Shown here: piece after piece, positions 61,585-64,000 of the stretch
How positions within the stretch are numbered: the first letter of the stretch is position 1
Layout of the letters: every line of letters starts with the position of its first letter
From: Candidatus Aminicenantes bacterium
GTDB taxonomy: Bacteria > Acidobacteriota > Aminicenantia > Aminicenantales > JAFGBC01
Length of the DNA stretch: 64,000 nt
Reading direction: 5' to 3'
NCBI GenBank assembly: GCA_963702005.1
Contig: OY969696.1
Coordinates: 928,001 to 992,000, forward strand
Program-made: the position numbers and the translations under genes
Notes under the pieces: model-generated
Seen by the model: only the letters and a program-made list of their open reading frames with translations
The model's database searches: none
Told to the model about the DNA's origin: nothing

Positions 61585-61657
61585 TTGAATTATTCTGAAT
61601 GTTAAGCTGGAAATAAACATCGAAGAAAAAATGCGCGGCAGAAAGGAAGGAAATAGG

Positions 61658-62107
61658 ATGACGATAAAGAAAATTCTCTGTCCGATCGATTTCAGCGCGC
61701 CCTCCTTAAAAGGGCTGGACTATGCCGTCGAAATGGCCATTCTATGTCGGGCGCAGCTGAGCGTCGTTTATGTTCTCCCCATTCTGCCGGTCTCGGCGAG
61801 TAATCTTAATATTAATTATAGGATTCCCGAATATGAGCGGATGATCCATAAAGATTCGGAGCGGCAGCTCAAAGCCATCGTTGCCAAGCGTGTTCCAAAA
61901 AGGCTTAAGGTCCGGACTCTAATCGGGCACGGAAACGCCGCCCACGAGATCCTGCGCTTGGCCAAGGAAGAAAAGGTGAACCTGATCGTCATCGCGACCC
62001 ACGGCCACACGGGATTCCATCATCTGATCGTCGGCTCCGTTGCCGAGAAAATCGTCCGTCTGGCGCACTGCCCGGTTTTGGCCGTCCGCGAGACGCGTAA
62101 AAGATAG
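61658..62107 (+). CDS. Universal stress protein
   Basis: KKILCPIDFS, LIVIATHG.TG, GSVAEKIVRLAHCPVL. Confidence 0.93.
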   Translation: MTIKKILCPIDFSAPSLKGLDYAVEMAILCRAQLSVVYVLPILPVSASNLNINYRIPEYERMIHKDSERQLKAIVAKRVPKRLKVRTLIGHGNAAHEILRLAKEEKVNLIVIATHGHTGFHHLIVGSVAEKIVRLAHCPVLAVRETRKR

Positions 62108-62163
62108 TTCGGAGAATAGAGACTTAACGCAAGGAGACCCGGTTGCGCGCTTGATCCGTACGT

Positions 62164-62306
62164 CGAGGCCCGGCCCCGCACGGCCGCTTCGGCCTGTACT
62201 CATGAGTCCGTGTCAACGGCTCCATGAGTGCGGCCGCTACTGATCGCCTAGTCTAAGAGCGAATTCAGCAAGGGCGGATGTCCCGCCAGGGGCCTCCGCC
62301 CTTTTT
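62164..62306 (+). repeat. Copy D: short RRM remnant plus trailer and terminator
   Basis: CGAGGCCC-GGCCCCGCACGG remnant, ACTCATG hairpin, CTGATCGC..GCGAATTCAG, terminator. Confidence 0.85.
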
Positions 62307-62351
62307 CATCGTTGCCGTTCAGAACCCCCAGAGCCGCCCGACTTTGAGCTC

Positions 62352-62537
62352 TTGACCCGTTCGCCGACGCCACCCCGCCCTAGAAGGCGGGGCTAAAAAT
62401 CGGAGCCCCGCCTTTCAAGGCGGGGATGAGAGGCGACACTTTTGTACTCAGCCCTTTTAGAAGGAATGGGGCTGAGTAGGCTCAGGGTTAATCATGAACA
62501 AGCCCCGGCCTTCAGGCCGGGGAGTCGATGATTTGAC
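62352..62537 (+). mobile_element. Non-autonomous IS200/IS605-derived mini-element, copy 2
   Basis: Core identical to copy 1, with an extra left hairpin; bounded by TTGAC on both sides. Confidence 0.72.
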
Positions 62538-62698
62538 TTCGGTCCGTGGCCGGGCTTATCCTCACATTGGAAGGAGGGGTTGATTCTTAGACGGGAGAGG
62601 GATGTCTCACGCCGGCCGGGAAAAGGGAATTCCTATCAATGACAGCGTCGGAATCTGCCTCATCGTGAGGTGAAAACGCCTTGTCAGGGGGAAAGACA

Positions 62699-63397
62699 AT
62701 GAAACACAAAGACGCGACCATGCGCCGAAAAAGTCTCCGTCTGCGGCATCTCGGCTTACTTCTCGTTCTGGCCGTTACTCTGTCCGCCTGGGCCGGGTGG
62801 CTCCAGACGAGTGAAAACATTGACTTCAAGGTCAAGCTTATACCGCAGCCGAACAAGGATTCCTGCTGGGCGGCCGCCATGGCCATGCTGCTCTCGTATC
62901 GGGACAAGAAACCCTATGATCCCGAGAGCTTGGCCGAGGACGTGGGCCAGAGCTTGAACATGTCCCTGGAGGACGCCTGGAAGCTGCTGGAGGACGTGCG
63001 CGACCGATACGGATTCAAAGCCATCGATGTCCCTTCGGATACGAGCCTGAATTTCACGCCGGCGGAGTGGGCCGGCTGGCTGCATCAATACGGCCCCCTC
63101 TGGGTGGTGATCGTCGGCGCGCCCCATGCCGTGTTGATCGGCGGCCTGCAAGGGGATACGGAAGACCCGGAATCGTGCCAAGTGTATATCTTGAATCCCT
63201 GGGATACGCGCGTCGAATTCGATGACGATCCGGTCGAGTTCCATCCCGCCAACAAGGGTTATGCGGATTGGCGACCGTTCACGGAGTTCGCTTCTGATTT
63301 CGGCGATATCTTTGGCCTCGCGGCCAAGGACGACGAGGGCAATGACCTGACCTACAAGGGCAACTGGCGTATCCTCTATCTCCCGAAAAAGAAGTAG
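62699..63397 (+). CDS. Exported papain-like cysteine peptidase (C39/C70-like)
   Basis: Signal peptide; PQPNKDSCWAA (Gln/Cys), YGPLW..PHAVLI (His), ILNPW. Confidence 0.75.
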   Translation: MKHKDATMRRKSLRLRHLGLLLVLAVTLSAWAGWLQTSENIDFKVKLIPQPNKDSCWAAAMAMLLSYRDKKPYDPESLAEDVGQSLNMSLEDAWKLLEDVRDRYGFKAIDVPSDTSLNFTPAEWAGWLHQYGPLWVVIVGAPHAVLIGGLQGDTEDPESCQVYILNPWDTRVEFDDDPVEFHPANKGYADWRPFTEFASDFGDIFGLAAKDDEGNDLTYKGNWRILYLPKKK

Positions 63398-63407
63398 GCT
63401 TTTCGGG

Positions 63408-64000
63408 CTATTTCTTGCAGAGCTGGTCCGCCAGCGAGCGCGCCGCGTCCTCGATTGCCTCGAAAGGCGATTCGATCGGGCCCGAGGCCGTGGCTTGGGC
63501 GATGACCTCCCCTTCCAGGTCCTCCACGCGGAGCTCTGCGATGATGCTGTCTTCCCCGACGCTGAAGGTCCCTTTGACCAGGTGCGTCGCCTCGATGATA
63601 TGGGGCGTGATCCTTTCGGCCGGATCGAAGCTGGGGTCGGCCTGGAGCTCGAGCTCAGCTTCGATGAGGGCCATGCCTCTGGGATTGGCCGACTCGACGA
63701 CCTGATACGGAGGGGAATCGCCCGCCGCGCACGGAGCCTGCGACAGCTCCGTAATAACCACTCTGGCAAAGGCCGGTCCCATCCCCGGCTCGGCGCCCGG
63801 TCCGGTCGCGGTGAAGTCGGCCGGATTGTAGCCGACGGCCATCCCCTCGGCCGGGGGATAGGTCGGCAGGGAGCTTCGCCCGGGGGAGGCGGCCGAAGAG
63901 GCGCTCTCCATCGTGATCTCGACGGACTTGTCTTCCGAAGTGACGGCCGAGCCTTCGAGAACGACGTCGGCTGAAGACGAGACGTACGTCGCCTCGAGCG
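63408..64000 (-). CDS. 3' part of a hypothetical protein extending beyond the window
   Basis: Frame stays open from 64000 through MESASS.. to the stop at 63408. Confidence 0.6.
   Translation of the reverse strand, partial: LEATYVSSSADVVLEGSAVTSEDKSVEITMESASSAASPGRSSLPTYPPAEGMAVGYNPADFTATGPGAEPGMGPAFARVVITELSQAPCAAGDSPPYQVVESANPRGMALIEAELELQADPSFDPAERITPHIIEATHLVKGTFSVGEDSIIAELRVEDLEGEVIAQATASGPIESPFEAIEDAARSLADQLCKK

Noticed and set aside
46560-62310. Repeated hairpins as a CRISPR array
   Set aside because: Irregular spacing, variable repeat interior, no uniform spacers and no cas genes
58800-62310. Trailer repeats as integron attC sites
   Set aside because: No RYYYAAC...GTTRRRY boxes and no integron integrase; units include RRM coding remnants

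Overview
GC-rich bacterial chromosome segment. The gene content (GWxTD and TPR-CHAT proteins, Oar-like TonB-dependent receptor) and the 16S gene suggest Candidatus Aminicenantes or a related Acidobacteriota lineage; this is inference, not a database result. 1-22 kb: housekeeping and envelope genes (C26 hydrolase, DUF5916 protein, PAS histidine kinase, frameshifted mfd, two SurA-like PPIases, pyruvoyl arginine decarboxylase, envC/ctpA-like/yibQ cluster, glycerate kinase-GT9 fusion). 22.4-32.7 kb: candidate signalling island with two exported TPR-CHAT (caspase-like) proteases carrying AT-rich TPR cores, a Zn-finger transmembrane anti-sigma plus ECF sigma, a sensor-less sigma54 activator, a hyaluronan-synthase-like GT2 and a small secreted precursor gene. 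33-41 kb: ndk, QueG-like, GyrI-like, surE, amidohydrolase and a minor-pilin operon. 41-46.4 kb: complete rrn operon (16S, tRNA-Ile, tRNA-Ala, 23S, 5S). 46.5-64 kb: mosaic accessory region with an RRM gene whose 3' end plus structured trailer occurs four times, IS91-like and IS256 remnants with orphan gene fragments, an IS1111 (IS110 family) element whose bridge/seek-RNA guides can be read from the sequence, two IS200/IS605-derived mini-elements, a REP-like ACTCATG hairpin family, and a DppA-GWxTD-TBDR-TPR cluster.
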